From: a virus
Virus record (IMG/VR): IMGVR_UViG_3300042269_000088
Strand: one strand, 5' to 3'
Length of the DNA stretch: 39,729 nt
The stretch's first letter is position 1; each line of letters begins with the position of its first letter. This document shows, piece after piece, positions 16,205 through 23,984 of this stretch. The notes below the pieces were generated by a model. It was not told the DNA's origin, searched no databases, and was given only the letters and a program-made list of their open reading frames with translations. Both the position numbers and the translations under genes were made by a program.

Positions 16205-16930
16205 TTACATCTCGCTGTCGTCTTCCGTAACTTCAGTACTGCGGTCCACTGCAGCTCCTCCGGATTTCACCATGTCGTAAATTTGCTCGGCATGCTTGAA
16301 CACCTGCTCTGTTACAAAGCCGACATTCTTCACGGACAGATTGTAGAAATCCTGGCCAGCCTTGTTCTGGTCGGCAACACCAGAAATCTTGTACACACGT
16401 GAGAATCGCGGCCCACCATTGATTCGAACCAGGCTATTCCAGTTACGGCTCACACGGGACTTGGTTTTTGCCATGGATATGACGGCTTCTTCAACAGAAC
16501 CATCCTCCTTCAGTACCAGCACGAAATGCTGATTGGTGTCCACAACTTCCCACTCATGTGGCACTTCTTGTGTCTGTCGGGCCTCTTCAGCACTAGCACC
16601 ATCTGGGAACGCACCACCGAAACCACCTCCGAGCTTGGTGTCACGCCACAGAAGGTATTCCTTGCGGAAGAACACCGGAACCACATTAATTAACTCGCCG
16701 TACAGCTCACGGGTGACATTATTGTACAGCATGCCCTCTTGAGCACCATCAATGTATGCGGGGTCTGTCTTCTTCCGGCATGCGGACAGGGACTGAACCA
16801 ATTCAATTCGAGGAATCACCAAATCATCAGAACCGACCTCTTCAGATCCACGATTATCCTGCATCTTTTCCTGTAGGAATGCTGGCATTGTTTCATTCAT
16901 ATTCACATTTGACACTTCATTCTTAGCCAT
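16205..16930 (-). CDS. Hypothetical replication/recombination-module protein (241 aa, acidic C-terminus)
   Basis: ATG at 16930 with AAGGTGG SD. Followed by a strong terminator. Function not recognised. Confidence 0.7.
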   Translation of the reverse strand: MAKNEVSNVNMNETMPAFLQEKMQDNRGSEEVGSDDLVIPRIELVQSLSACRKKTDPAYIDGAQEGMLYNNVTRELYGELINVVPVFFRKEYLLWRDTKLGGGFGGAFPDGASAEEARQTQEVPHEWEVVDTNQHFVLVLKEDGSVEEAVISMAKTKSRVSRNWNSLVRINGGPRFSRVYKISGVADQNKAGQDFYNLSVKNVGFVTEQVFKHAEQIYDMVKSGGAAVDRSTEVTEDDSEM

Positions 16931-16946
16931 CTTATCCACCTTTCTA

Positions 16947-17432
16947 CTAACGCTTGGTTATTGTTGCACGTGAAAACGGAGTTACTTGATAAACATCTTC
17001 TGGGATTTCAATGCCATCCCGGAGCATTCGACGAATTAGCGCCTTTAATGACGACGCATTTACCGTCTCGGAGATAAGATCTTCATGACCATTTTCCGCC
17101 AGCCATTCGAAGCTTGCCTCCTTGTTGTTGATCTTCAGATAAATGTCCGAAGTCAACGACACCCTGCCAACACCCTGCACAGTGATGGACTCTACACCTT
17201 CTTCGTCCATCTTCATGGGCACTGCATGAGTGCGGACGTAATCATAAACCTTACCAACGGCAGATTTATGGCTGTCCAGTTTTTCATGCAATTCCTTGAT
17301 GTCGGCCTGGAATTGTGCCAACTGCACCAAATCCAGACTATCAAAATCCAGGGATTCTGTGTTGAACCCCTCTACCGCAGAACCAAGACTTTCCTCGGCC
17401 AGGCTTATTGCCTTGACGAATGCATCTATCAT
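16947..17432 (-). CDS. Hypothetical protein (161 aa; possibly Gp157-like)
   Basis: N-terminal coiled coil. Abuts the upstream stop codon. Family call is weak. Confidence 0.6.
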   Translation of the reverse strand: MIDAFVKAISLAEESLGSAVEGFNTESLDFDSLDLVQLAQFQADIKELHEKLDSHKSAVGKVYDYVRTHAVPMKMDEEGVESITVQGVGRVSLTSDIYLKINNKEASFEWLAENGHEDLISETVNASSLKALIRRMLRDGIEIPEDVYQVTPFSRATITKR

Positions 17433-17747
17433 CTATCGGATCTCCATTTCTATGGGTCGGTACCTACCGCCAATTTTGTCCCATAGCAGGACATTAACAA
17501 CATCACATCTCTCGGCGGCTTTGTGGAACGCATACCCGATCACAGCGGGGTTTCCCGTCAGCACCAAATAATCATCCTCACCAAACTGCTCAAGCGTGGA
17601 GTCAATTCGGGTCATGATCGACTCATTAATCAATGAACCCCGAATCGGCTTAATCTCATCGCGAGTAATGAAATTCACCTCACCAAACCGCTCAGCATCG
17701 GAATAATCAATGTAATTATTCTCCTGAACCACCCAAACTTTGTTCAT
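17433..17747 (-). CDS. Hypothetical protein (104 aa)
   Basis: First gene after promoter 17772..17800. AGGAGAATAGA leader. Confidence 0.65.
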   Translation of the reverse strand: MNKVWVVQENNYIDYSDAERFGEVNFITRDEIKPIRGSLINESIMTRIDSTLEQFGEDDYLVLTGNPAVIGYAFHKAAERCDVVNVLLWDKIGGRYRPIEMEIR

Positions 17748-17771
17748 TCTATTCTCCTATCCAATAAGGAA

Positions 17772-17800
17772 ATTGTATCACACCGTGGGGCTTCGGTCAA
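17772..17800 (-). promoter_or_regulatory. Sigma70-like promoter P6 (TTGACC-17-TACAAT)
   Basis: Reverse complement: ttgaccgaagccccacggtgtgatacaat. Confidence 0.65.
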
Positions 17801-19444
17801 CTATAATTTTGAACGGACATATTCGGCAACGTCCATCTTGCTCCTGAGAATATTCATGATGTGTGCATCCTTTGACCCCTCCGCCACTATGTCCACGTAT
17901 AACACATTTTTATCCTGACCAATACGGTGGCACCGGTCCTCGGATTGCATTCTGTCGGACAACTTAAGTGAGTTGCTGTAGTAAATAACCAGGTTAGCGT
18001 TATTTAAAGTAAGACCAGTGCCGCCGGTCTGCTGGTTGGCAACGAATACCTTGGCGGGTCCAGACGTGAATCTTTTCAAACTTTCCTCCCGTTCATCCGA
18101 AGACAAACCACCGTGGTACTCCACACACTCGATGCCCGAAGACTTCAGCGCCTCCACGATATCTGCGATTTCCCGCCTGAATTTTGCCCACACTATGACA
18201 TCACCACCCACATTCTGCCTCACCAATTCCAGCAGTTCCATAATCTTGGGGTTTTTGTCCGGTTGGACTATCACGGAAGTTTTGCGGCCATCATCGGTGT
18301 CATGGTTGATAAAACCTCCGGATATCTGTTGCAGCATCGTATATTTGGCCAGCACCTGATCCACAAACACCTTGACACTCTCAGTGCCATTGTGGATCAT
18401 GGACTCCATTTCCTTATCTATTTCCTTATAAAACTTCTTTTGTTCCTTTGTCATTGAAACTGTTCGGACGCTATAGGTCTTCTCCGGTAGGTCCAAAACG
18501 TCTTCCTTCTTACATTGGAAGGTGAACGGCTTGATGGTATCCATCAACTCATCCTGGTTCTGATACCCAATTACTTCCCTGTTCTCATAGCCGCCCATAA
18601 TTGCGTATCTGGATTTGAACGCGAAATAACTACCAAACCCCAGGATGTTCGGGTCCAATATGTCAAAGGGCATGTACAAATCCAAAAGTCCCTGAGTTAC
18701 GGGGGAGCCGGTCATGATATTCGCAACCACAGCGCATGATGCGATGTGCTTGATATTCCTGGCCCTGTTTGCATCTGGGTTTTTACACAGGTGCGATTCA
18801 TCCAAGGTAACGGCATATCTCTCCCCGCCTATGATATCAAGCATGGCATCATAGGCACTGCCGCCTTTATACTTTGATGACATGCTTTCTATGCCGACAA
18901 TGACAACCTTCAACTTTTTGTCTGGGGCTTTCACTTTCCTGCCGGATTGAATGACAACCACACCAACATCTAGTGGGCAGTGGATTTCTATTTCGCGCAT
19001 CCAGTTAAAACGTATTGAATTCGGGCAGAACACCACCCAAGTATCAAATCTACCCGCCAAAATATGTGCGGACATCAGATCTATGGCAGTTTTGGTCTTG
19101 CCAGTGCCCATCTCCATGAAGAATGCGTGCCGGTCTAAACCATAAGCGTAATTGAGTGCCTGCATCTGATGCAAAAATGGTTTAGTCTTAAACTTGTAAT
19201 CCTTCGGGAACGGTATGTATTGCACCTGCTTTAATTGGACAACCTGTTCCGCCACTACAAGAGCTTTTTCGTCCATGTATCTGCGGAGATGTTCCAGCAT
19301 GAACTCACATGCTTTCCTGACCTTCGGAACCGCCCACTTCCTAGACCTTGAATTAAACCGCTTCATTGGCAGTGCCGCAATCAACTGGTTCTCTTCAAAG
19401 CCGCATTCTATCACGAATTTGTTGCGCTCTAATGTGATTTTCAT
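17801..19444 (-). CDS. SNF2-family (SF2) helicase / translocase
   Basis: MEMGTGKT (motif I), LDESH (motif II), TGGTGLTL and QSEDRCHRIGQ (motifs V/VI). Confidence 0.85.
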   Translation of the reverse strand: MKITLERNKFVIECGFEENQLIAALPMKRFNSRSRKWAVPKVRKACEFMLEHLRRYMDEKALVVAEQVVQLKQVQYIPFPKDYKFKTKPFLHQMQALNYAYGLDRHAFFMEMGTGKTKTAIDLMSAHILAGRFDTWVVFCPNSIRFNWMREIEIHCPLDVGVVVIQSGRKVKAPDKKLKVVIVGIESMSSKYKGGSAYDAMLDIIGGERYAVTLDESHLCKNPDANRARNIKHIASCAVVANIMTGSPVTQGLLDLYMPFDILDPNILGFGSYFAFKSRYAIMGGYENREVIGYQNQDELMDTIKPFTFQCKKEDVLDLPEKTYSVRTVSMTKEQKKFYKEIDKEMESMIHNGTESVKVFVDQVLAKYTMLQQISGGFINHDTDDGRKTSVIVQPDKNPKIMELLELVRQNVGGDVIVWAKFRREIADIVEALKSSGIECVEYHGGLSSDEREESLKRFTSGPAKVFVANQQTGGTGLTLNNANLVIYYSNSLKLSDRMQSEDRCHRIGQDKNVLYVDIVAEGSKDAHIMNILRSKMDVAEYVRSKL

Positions 19445-20979
19445 AACTCAGGCTCCACACGTACCGGCTCCAGGTCAATCACATCCCCGTCATTTAGGGG
19501 TGCGAACCACACTGATATTACCGATGACTCAACCCTCAGCTTGGCATGCTCAACGCCAACCTTCCTAAGTGCCATCCACAAGTTAGAACCTTTCAACTCC
19601 TCCGACCTGTTCTTCTTGAGGAAGTCAATGAAATCGGAACCCCTGAAGTATACTACGCGCTTTCCATCCACCTTTTGCACGACTGGTGATCCGAGCAACA
19701 ATGCTCTGCGCTCTGTTATGTCTTCACCACCGGATGACAAATCAGCCCGCCCGAAGAATTCAAACAGTCGCTCGCGAATAAAGCCGTATGCGGACGCCTC
19801 CTCCGGTGCCTCCAAAATGATTGCCTTCTCCATCAGGCTACACAATGTGGCTTCCCATTTGTCGTTTTTCATTGGGGCGATGATTTTTGTCAGATTGTCA
19901 GCAACAGCACGACGAACAGCTTTATAATCCATCAATTCATGTGTGGCCAGGGTGACGGGTGTATCATCTACATATAAAACCCACCTGACGGGTTCGGTAG
20001 TGTACTTTTCAAGCTTCCCGAATTCTGGCGGTTTACCAAGCTCTAGTTCACCCTTCTCTTCCGGTGTAATCCCAAATTTGCGCTTAACACACAAAGAACT
20101 GTTACATAAAGACCTGCACGGTTCTTCCTTGCATTTGTACCGGTACTCCCGGCGGCTGGCACTGGTGATGGTTCGTTTCGCCTCACTGTGGACCAGCGGT
20201 TTTTCAAAAATTCTGGCATTTGCATCGAATGCCCTATCCTTCCATGTTTCTGGGAATGCCTTTTTGAAATATATCACCAGGTTATATAGGGCTTCATTCC
20301 TGTGGCCCCTACCAACACCATCAACCAACATCCTCTGGATACACGGTGGTGCTTCTCCGTGCTCCCCGTCGGTCTTTTCTATTAGAATAGCTGGTTTTAC
20401 CCTTCTGGATTCAGCAAGGCTAAGGAAATAGGCAAAGGGGACCTTCTGGCCACCCTCGAAGCAATACCTGAGTTCATTTGGGCTGTCAGCATCAAAACAG
20501 CACAGGTTGAGCCAATTTCCGAGCTGCCTCTCACCACCAGACTCCGGCAGGTTATCCTGCTTGGGGAAAATTTCGACCCCAGGATATCCAACAAGACCCG
20601 CCCACTTTGCCAGTGCTTGTCTTACCACCTTGGCCGGTGTGGGATCTGTCATGAACAGATAAAGATGTGCGCCGCCCGACTTAGATCTGCATATTGTTAG
20701 CGGTAGATCATTCTGCTTAACGGCCTTTTCAAGCTCCAACAAATCAATATCGGGACTGTCACCATGTGCATCAATATCAATGGCACCAAACCAGCAATTT
20801 CCATCATCCAATACGGGAACCACTCCCACACCTTCCTCCCCGGAAAGGTGTTTCTCGTATTGCTCGAACCCGATGGCACTCCTTTCAGTGTGCATCTTGC
20901 CAGTTTTCGGATTAAAGACACCATAAGACCTGGGGTTCCCGACAAACAAGCCGGAAAACCGCTCTATTTTCTCTTTCAT
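19441..20979 (-). CDS. Archaeo-eukaryotic-type primase (prim-pol fold) with C-terminal extension
   Basis: GAIDIDAH (DxD) and SKSGGAHLYLF (sGGxH) motifs. 512 aa. No P-loop seen. Confidence 0.65.
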   Translation of the reverse strand: MKEKIERFSGLFVGNPRSYGVFNPKTGKMHTERSAIGFEQYEKHLSGEEGVGVVPVLDDGNCWFGAIDIDAHGDSPDIDLLELEKAVKQNDLPLTICRSKSGGAHLYLFMTDPTPAKVVRQALAKWAGLVGYPGVEIFPKQDNLPESGGERQLGNWLNLCCFDADSPNELRYCFEGGQKVPFAYFLSLAESRRVKPAILIEKTDGEHGEAPPCIQRMLVDGVGRGHRNEALYNLVIYFKKAFPETWKDRAFDANARIFEKPLVHSEAKRTITSASRREYRYKCKEEPCRSLCNSSLCVKRKFGITPEEKGELELGKPPEFGKLEKYTTEPVRWVLYVDDTPVTLATHELMDYKAVRRAVADNLTKIIAPMKNDKWEATLCSLMEKAIILEAPEEASAYGFIRERLFEFFGRADLSSGGEDITERRALLLGSPVVQKVDGKRVVYFRGSDFIDFLKKNRSEELKGSNLWMALRKVGVEHAKLRVESSVISVWFAPLNDGDVIDLEPVRVEPEL

Positions 20980-21073
20980 CTATTCTCTCCATTATAAGAA
21001 CCCAGAGATTTTCATTTAAAGACAACCTCTAGGGGGCAACACCATCTTATCATGTTACCGTAGTCTCTTACAA

Positions 21074-21153
21074 GTTCTACAGCTTATTCTACACCTAACC
21101 TCCCGTCCTACGGTGTTTCTGATAGTGTTGTAGAATTGTAGTAGGTGTAGAAT
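21074..21153. repeat. Iteron array: 4 copies of (A/G)TTCTACA / TGTAGAAT
   Basis: Copies at 21074 and 21086 (forward), and at 21129 and 21146 (reverse). Confidence 0.8.
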
Positions 21154-21164
21154 GAACTCCGAAT

Positions 21165-21200
21165 ATTGTCTGTCGTTGACAATTTTTTCCGGTTTATAAA
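21165..21200 (+). promoter_or_regulatory. Operator/promoter-like module, copy 2 (ATTGTC-N7-GACAAT palindrome over TTGACA, then TATAAAAAAG)
   Basis: attgtctgtcgttgacaattttttccggtttataaa. The -35 to TATAAA spacer is only 13 nt. Confidence 0.5.
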
Positions 21201-21221
21201 AAAGTAACGCTACACGGGGGA

Positions 21222-21250
21222 TTGACAGAGAAAACCATGGGTGTTATAAT
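21222..21250 (+). promoter_or_regulatory. Sigma70 consensus promoter P1 (TTGACA-17-TATAAT)
   Basis: attgacagagaaaaccatgggtgttataat. TGn extended -10 present. Confidence 0.8.
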
Positions 21251-21284
21251 AAAGGTACGAAATAGATTGATAGAGGATAAAACA

Positions 21285-21422
21285 ATGTTTAATGCCACTA
21301 TTACCTACAAAAGTGGAAAGGTAGAAGAAGCCCAGATTAAAATTGCGGAATATGCCGAAGTGCTGGCCCAGCTGGTTGAAGAGGGTGGGTTGGTTTCTGT
21401 GAAGATCAATTCGGTGGTGTGA
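21285..21422 (+). CDS. Hypothetical early protein (45 aa)
   Basis: Start must lie downstream of promoter 21222..21250. GAGGA SD at 21273. Confidence 0.55.
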   Translation: MFNATITYKSGKVEEAQIKIAEYAEVLAQLVEEGGLVSVKINSVV

Positions 21423-21539
21423 ATGCCAAGAGAAGCAACGAGAAGGTACTTTCCTTAAACGTAAAACACACAGTCCCCACTGACATAGATATTCAAGTGA
21501 AAGCCCAAGGAAGGGCAAGGGAAAAAGAAGGAAAGGGGA

Positions 21540-21569
21540 TTGACAGGACAACACCATGGGTGTTATAAT
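21540..21569 (+). promoter_or_regulatory. Sigma70 consensus promoter P2 (TTGACA-18-TATAAT)
   Basis: ttgacaggacaacaccatgggtgttataat. Spacer end is identical to P1. Confidence 0.8.
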
Positions 21570-21609
21570 TAAGCCACAAGATAGATGATAGGATATTAGG
21601 AGAGTAATC

Positions 21610-21789
21610 ATGAAATGCTACTTCATTGAAACAATCAACCATGTACCGTACACTGGTGAGTTCCTGAATGGTACCTGGTGGTTTGCAAGTGCCGATTATG
21701 ACGATTCATTTAAGTGTGAGTCAGTTCCCACCTGTATGATGGAAGTTGACCGCGATGAATTTGTAGCAGCTTTTCCTTGGGAGGCTTAA
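21610..21789 (+). CDS. Hypothetical early protein (59 aa, below the ORF-track cutoff)
   Basis: Hand translation MKCYFIETINHVPYTGEF...AAFPWEA. AGGAG SD. 40 nt after promoter 21540..21569. Confidence 0.6.
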   Translation: MKCYFIETINHVPYTGEFLNGTWWFASADYDDSFKCESVPTCMMEVDRDEFVAAFPWEA

Positions 21790-21792
21790 GCA

Positions 21793-21993
21793 ATGACCAT
21801 ACAAGTCAACATCCACGATCCAAAACACGCGAGCTGGTTTTCCAGCCCCGCAAAAGACGATATGCAGGCGTTTGCCAGCGTGACTATCAGCAGCGGCGAG
21901 AGCCAAGCGATTGTATTCGCCCATCATCCCGAAGTGCTGCTCGAGATTGCCTCTGCGTTTGAGCAAGCTGCTAATCAGTTGGGGGGGGGTTGA
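21793..21993 (+). CDS. Hypothetical early protein (66 aa)
   Basis: GGGAGG SD. 3' end carries a G9 run. Confidence 0.6.
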   Translation: MTIQVNIHDPKHASWFSSPAKDDMQAFASVTISSGESQAIVFAHHPEVLLEIASAFEQAANQLGGG

Positions 21994-21996
21994 GTC

Positions 21997-22335
21997 ATGA
22001 GTGAAGAATTGAAGCCGTGCCCGTTTTGTGGATCTGCCAATGTTGAAGTTCAGGCGTTCCGCCACGGGTCGGAGTGCTACACCGTCCGATGCGATGGTTG
22101 CGGAGCGTTAGGCCCTTTAAAGCGCAGTTCCGCAGGCAGCCATATCAGCTGGGATCTTGCCATGGAAGCATGGAACACACGCCACATTCCTGAAGGCTAC
22201 GCGCTGGTGCCGGTTGAGCCGACCGAAGCAATGGAGCGAGCAGTTCTTAGCCTTAGTGGTGACTATGAAGGAAATGTAAATCCGTTTAACGCATACGCCG
22301 CCATGATCACCGCCGCACAGGAGGAAGCAAAATGA
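21997..22335 (+). CDS. Lar-family restriction-alleviation-like protein
   Basis: N-terminal LKPCPFCGS...VRCDGCGA...EAWNTR zinc-ribbon pattern typical of the Lar family. C-terminal LVPVEPTEAM segment. Confidence 0.6.
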   Translation: MSEELKPCPFCGSANVEVQAFRHGSECYTVRCDGCGALGPLKRSSAGSHISWDLAMEAWNTRHIPEGYALVPVEPTEAMERAVLSLSGDYEGNVNPFNAYAAMITAAQEEAK

Positions 22336-22475
22336 CTGACAAAACCATGAACCGCCTCGCCTTCGCCGGTCTCGCCATTATCGCACTGGTCATGTATGGC
22401 ATGACGCTGCACATGGACTATGTCGAGGCCCGAACCGGCATTAACTGTGAAACGCATGTGAGGAGCTGCGAATGA
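22332..22475 (+). CDS. Small single-pass membrane protein (47 aa, not in the ORF track)
   Basis: ATGA overlaps at both ends. Hydrophobic LAFAGLAIIALVMYGM. Confidence 0.5.
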   Translation: MTDKTMNRLAFAGLAIIALVMYGMTLHMDYVEARTGINCETHVRSCE

Positions 22476-22654
22476 AACTACTAACCGTCACCGAAGCCGA
22501 GCATATGCTCGGCTTTAGCCGATCAAAGATTTACAAGCTTGTCCGAGAGGATGACAGCTTCCCCCGCGCCATCAAGCTAGGCGAAGGCGATAACGCGCCG
22601 GTTCGCTTCGAGTTGGACGAAATTGAGCAATGGATTAGGGAGCATAAGTTATGA
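22472..22654 (+). CDS. AlpA / excisionase-type helix-turn-helix DNA-binding protein
   Basis: LLTVTEAEHMLGFSRSKIYKLVRE...FPRAIKLG pattern. 60 aa. Confidence 0.65.
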   Translation: MKLLTVTEAEHMLGFSRSKIYKLVREDDSFPRAIKLGEGDNAPVRFELDEIEQWIREHKL

Positions 22655-22905
22655 GCAACGAAACGAAATGGACGCCGGGTCCGTGGGTTGTATGTCCTGC
22701 CGGTGATATCTGGAGTGAGAATCTTGTGAGCTTGGTCGCTGACATTTATTCGCCAGTTGAAGCCAACGCCAGCCTAATCGCAGTCGCGCCTGAGTTGTAT
22801 GCGATGTTATCACGAGCAAGACATGCTGCTGGTGATGATTACTCATGCAGCGAGGATCTGCTAGAGGAGATTGATGCAGTCCTAGCCAAAGCCCGAGGAG
22901 AATAA
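22651..22905 (+). CDS. Hypothetical protein (84 aa; WTPGPW motif)
   Basis: ATGA overlap with the upstream gene. Confidence 0.6.
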   Translation: MSNETKWTPGPWVVCPAGDIWSENLVSLVADIYSPVEANASLIAVAPELYAMLSRARHAAGDDYSCSEDLLEEIDAVLAKARGE

Positions 22906-22907
22906 AA

Positions 22908-23111
22908 ATGAAAATGTCAGAATTCATGAAACTAGCAAAAGCTGCAAACCGTGCGCATGAATTAGCAGATTCACCATGCCCTGAAAAACTTATGGGCTCC
23001 GGTACTAGTGATGAAGTTGAACTATACCGTGCAGCTATTCGCCGCGTTGCAGTTGAGCGCCGCAACAACATCATTGAGCGAGTTGGAGTTGTTATTGATG
23101 AGCAAGCGTAA
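22908..23111 (+). CDS. Hypothetical protein (67 aa)
   Basis: ORF tightly packed in the operon. Confidence 0.55.
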   Translation: MKMSEFMKLAKAANRAHELADSPCPEKLMGSGTSDEVELYRAAIRRVAVERRNNIIERVGVVIDEQA

Positions 23112-23595
23112 ACCGATCCACGAGGTTGTCATAGAAAAGGGTGAGGCCATCGCTGCCGATCTGCGCCAGTTCAAACTGTCTATCGCTGCAATCAAGGCCA
23201 ATCACGGGGTAGGTTACGACGTGATCGAACAGACCGCCGAAGAGTACGGCATCAGTATGCGCAACCGTGGCCGCAGAATGCACCAGATCGCCTCTGTTAA
23301 AAGCCATGAGCGCCGCCGTGCTGAAGCTGCCTTTTTGCGTGACCTGAAGGAAACCAAGGAGACATTAGGCGCACTGGCCAAGAAGTACAAAATTGGCAAG
23401 GACAACGCCACACGGCTCGCCAAGCTTGATGGTATCGATACCCGGGAGCGCCAGAAGGTTATCCGGCGCGAGACATGCGAGACGCGCAAGAAGACGCGGC
23501 CACCAGCTGCAACAGAGTCCGATATGCTGTTGTGCGGCGATCTGAGCCGCTTAGTAATGGGTAGTAAATGGAATGGTCAGGAGTTAAGGATATGA
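23098..23595 (+). CDS. Hypothetical basic protein with two HTH-like segments (165 aa)
   Basis: ATG at 23098. Segments SIAAIKANHGVGYDVIEQTAEEYGI and TLGALAKKYKIGKDNATRLAKLDGI. Confidence 0.5.
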   Translation: MSKRKPIHEVVIEKGEAIAADLRQFKLSIAAIKANHGVGYDVIEQTAEEYGISMRNRGRRMHQIASVKSHERRRAEAAFLRDLKETKETLGALAKKYKIGKDNATRLAKLDGIDTRERQKVIRRETCETRKKTRPPAATESDMLLCGDLSRLVMGSKWNGQELRI

Positions 23596-23984
23596 CCACC
23601 AACACAAATGCAACAAACCGAGCAGTGGCAACAGTCACAAACGCAATGACAATCGCTGGTCTGGAAATGCTCATGCAACCAGACCTGAACCAATATGTAA
23701 CCGCAATGAGTGACCGGTTCATGCAGCAAGACGCCAAGAGGCGCTACCGCATCAAGGCGATCAAGCGAGTGCTGCAATCAGAGCTTGATAAACCAAGTGT
23801 CATGTCAGGCGATCCAGCCTATTACATCATACTGATGCGGTTTCGAGATTTGCCGGACCATGAATTGCTGGATAATATCGAAACCCTGCCGTTTGTTGGT
23901 AGCCGTGGTCATGAGTCACCGGCGTGGAAAAAACTTGGTAACGGTAAAGCAGTATCAAAAAACCCTTTCGGAGTTAGAGCATGA
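23592..23984 (+). CDS. Hypothetical protein (130 aa)
   Basis: AAGGA SD. ATGA overlap. Confidence 0.6.
   Translation: MTTNTNATNRAVATVTNAMTIAGLEMLMQPDLNQYVTAMSDRFMQQDAKRRYRIKAIKRVLQSELDKPSVMSGDPAYYIILMRFRDLPDHELLDNIETLPFVGSRGHESPAWKKLGNGKAVSKNPFGVRA

Larger units (their letters stand above)
21021..21213. repeat. Right arm of the ~194-bp imperfect inverted repeat
   Basis: See the left arm. A further shared block is atggtgttgccc. Confidence 0.9.

Noticed and set aside
20991-20996. A TATAAT box just upstream of the primase gene as its promoter
   Set aside because: It sits only 11 nt from the ATG and directly abuts the GGAGAG SD, which lies within the expected first nucleotides of any transcript. 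The -35 position reads TTAAAT/TTTAAA. The primase promoter probably lies further inside the inverted-repeat arm.
21210-21611. A 133-aa minus-strand ORF spanning the divergent control region
   Set aside because: It overlaps two consensus plus-strand promoters and two small plus-strand genes. Its sequence is Leu/Cys/Phe-rich nonsense-like, with no SD and no promoter feeding it.
22472-22654. The AlpA/excisionase-like HTH as evidence of a temperate life style or an integrated prophage
   Set aside because: No integrase, repressor/Cro pair, att-like flanks or host genes are present anywhere in the closed 39.6-kb genome. It is treated as an early transcription factor.
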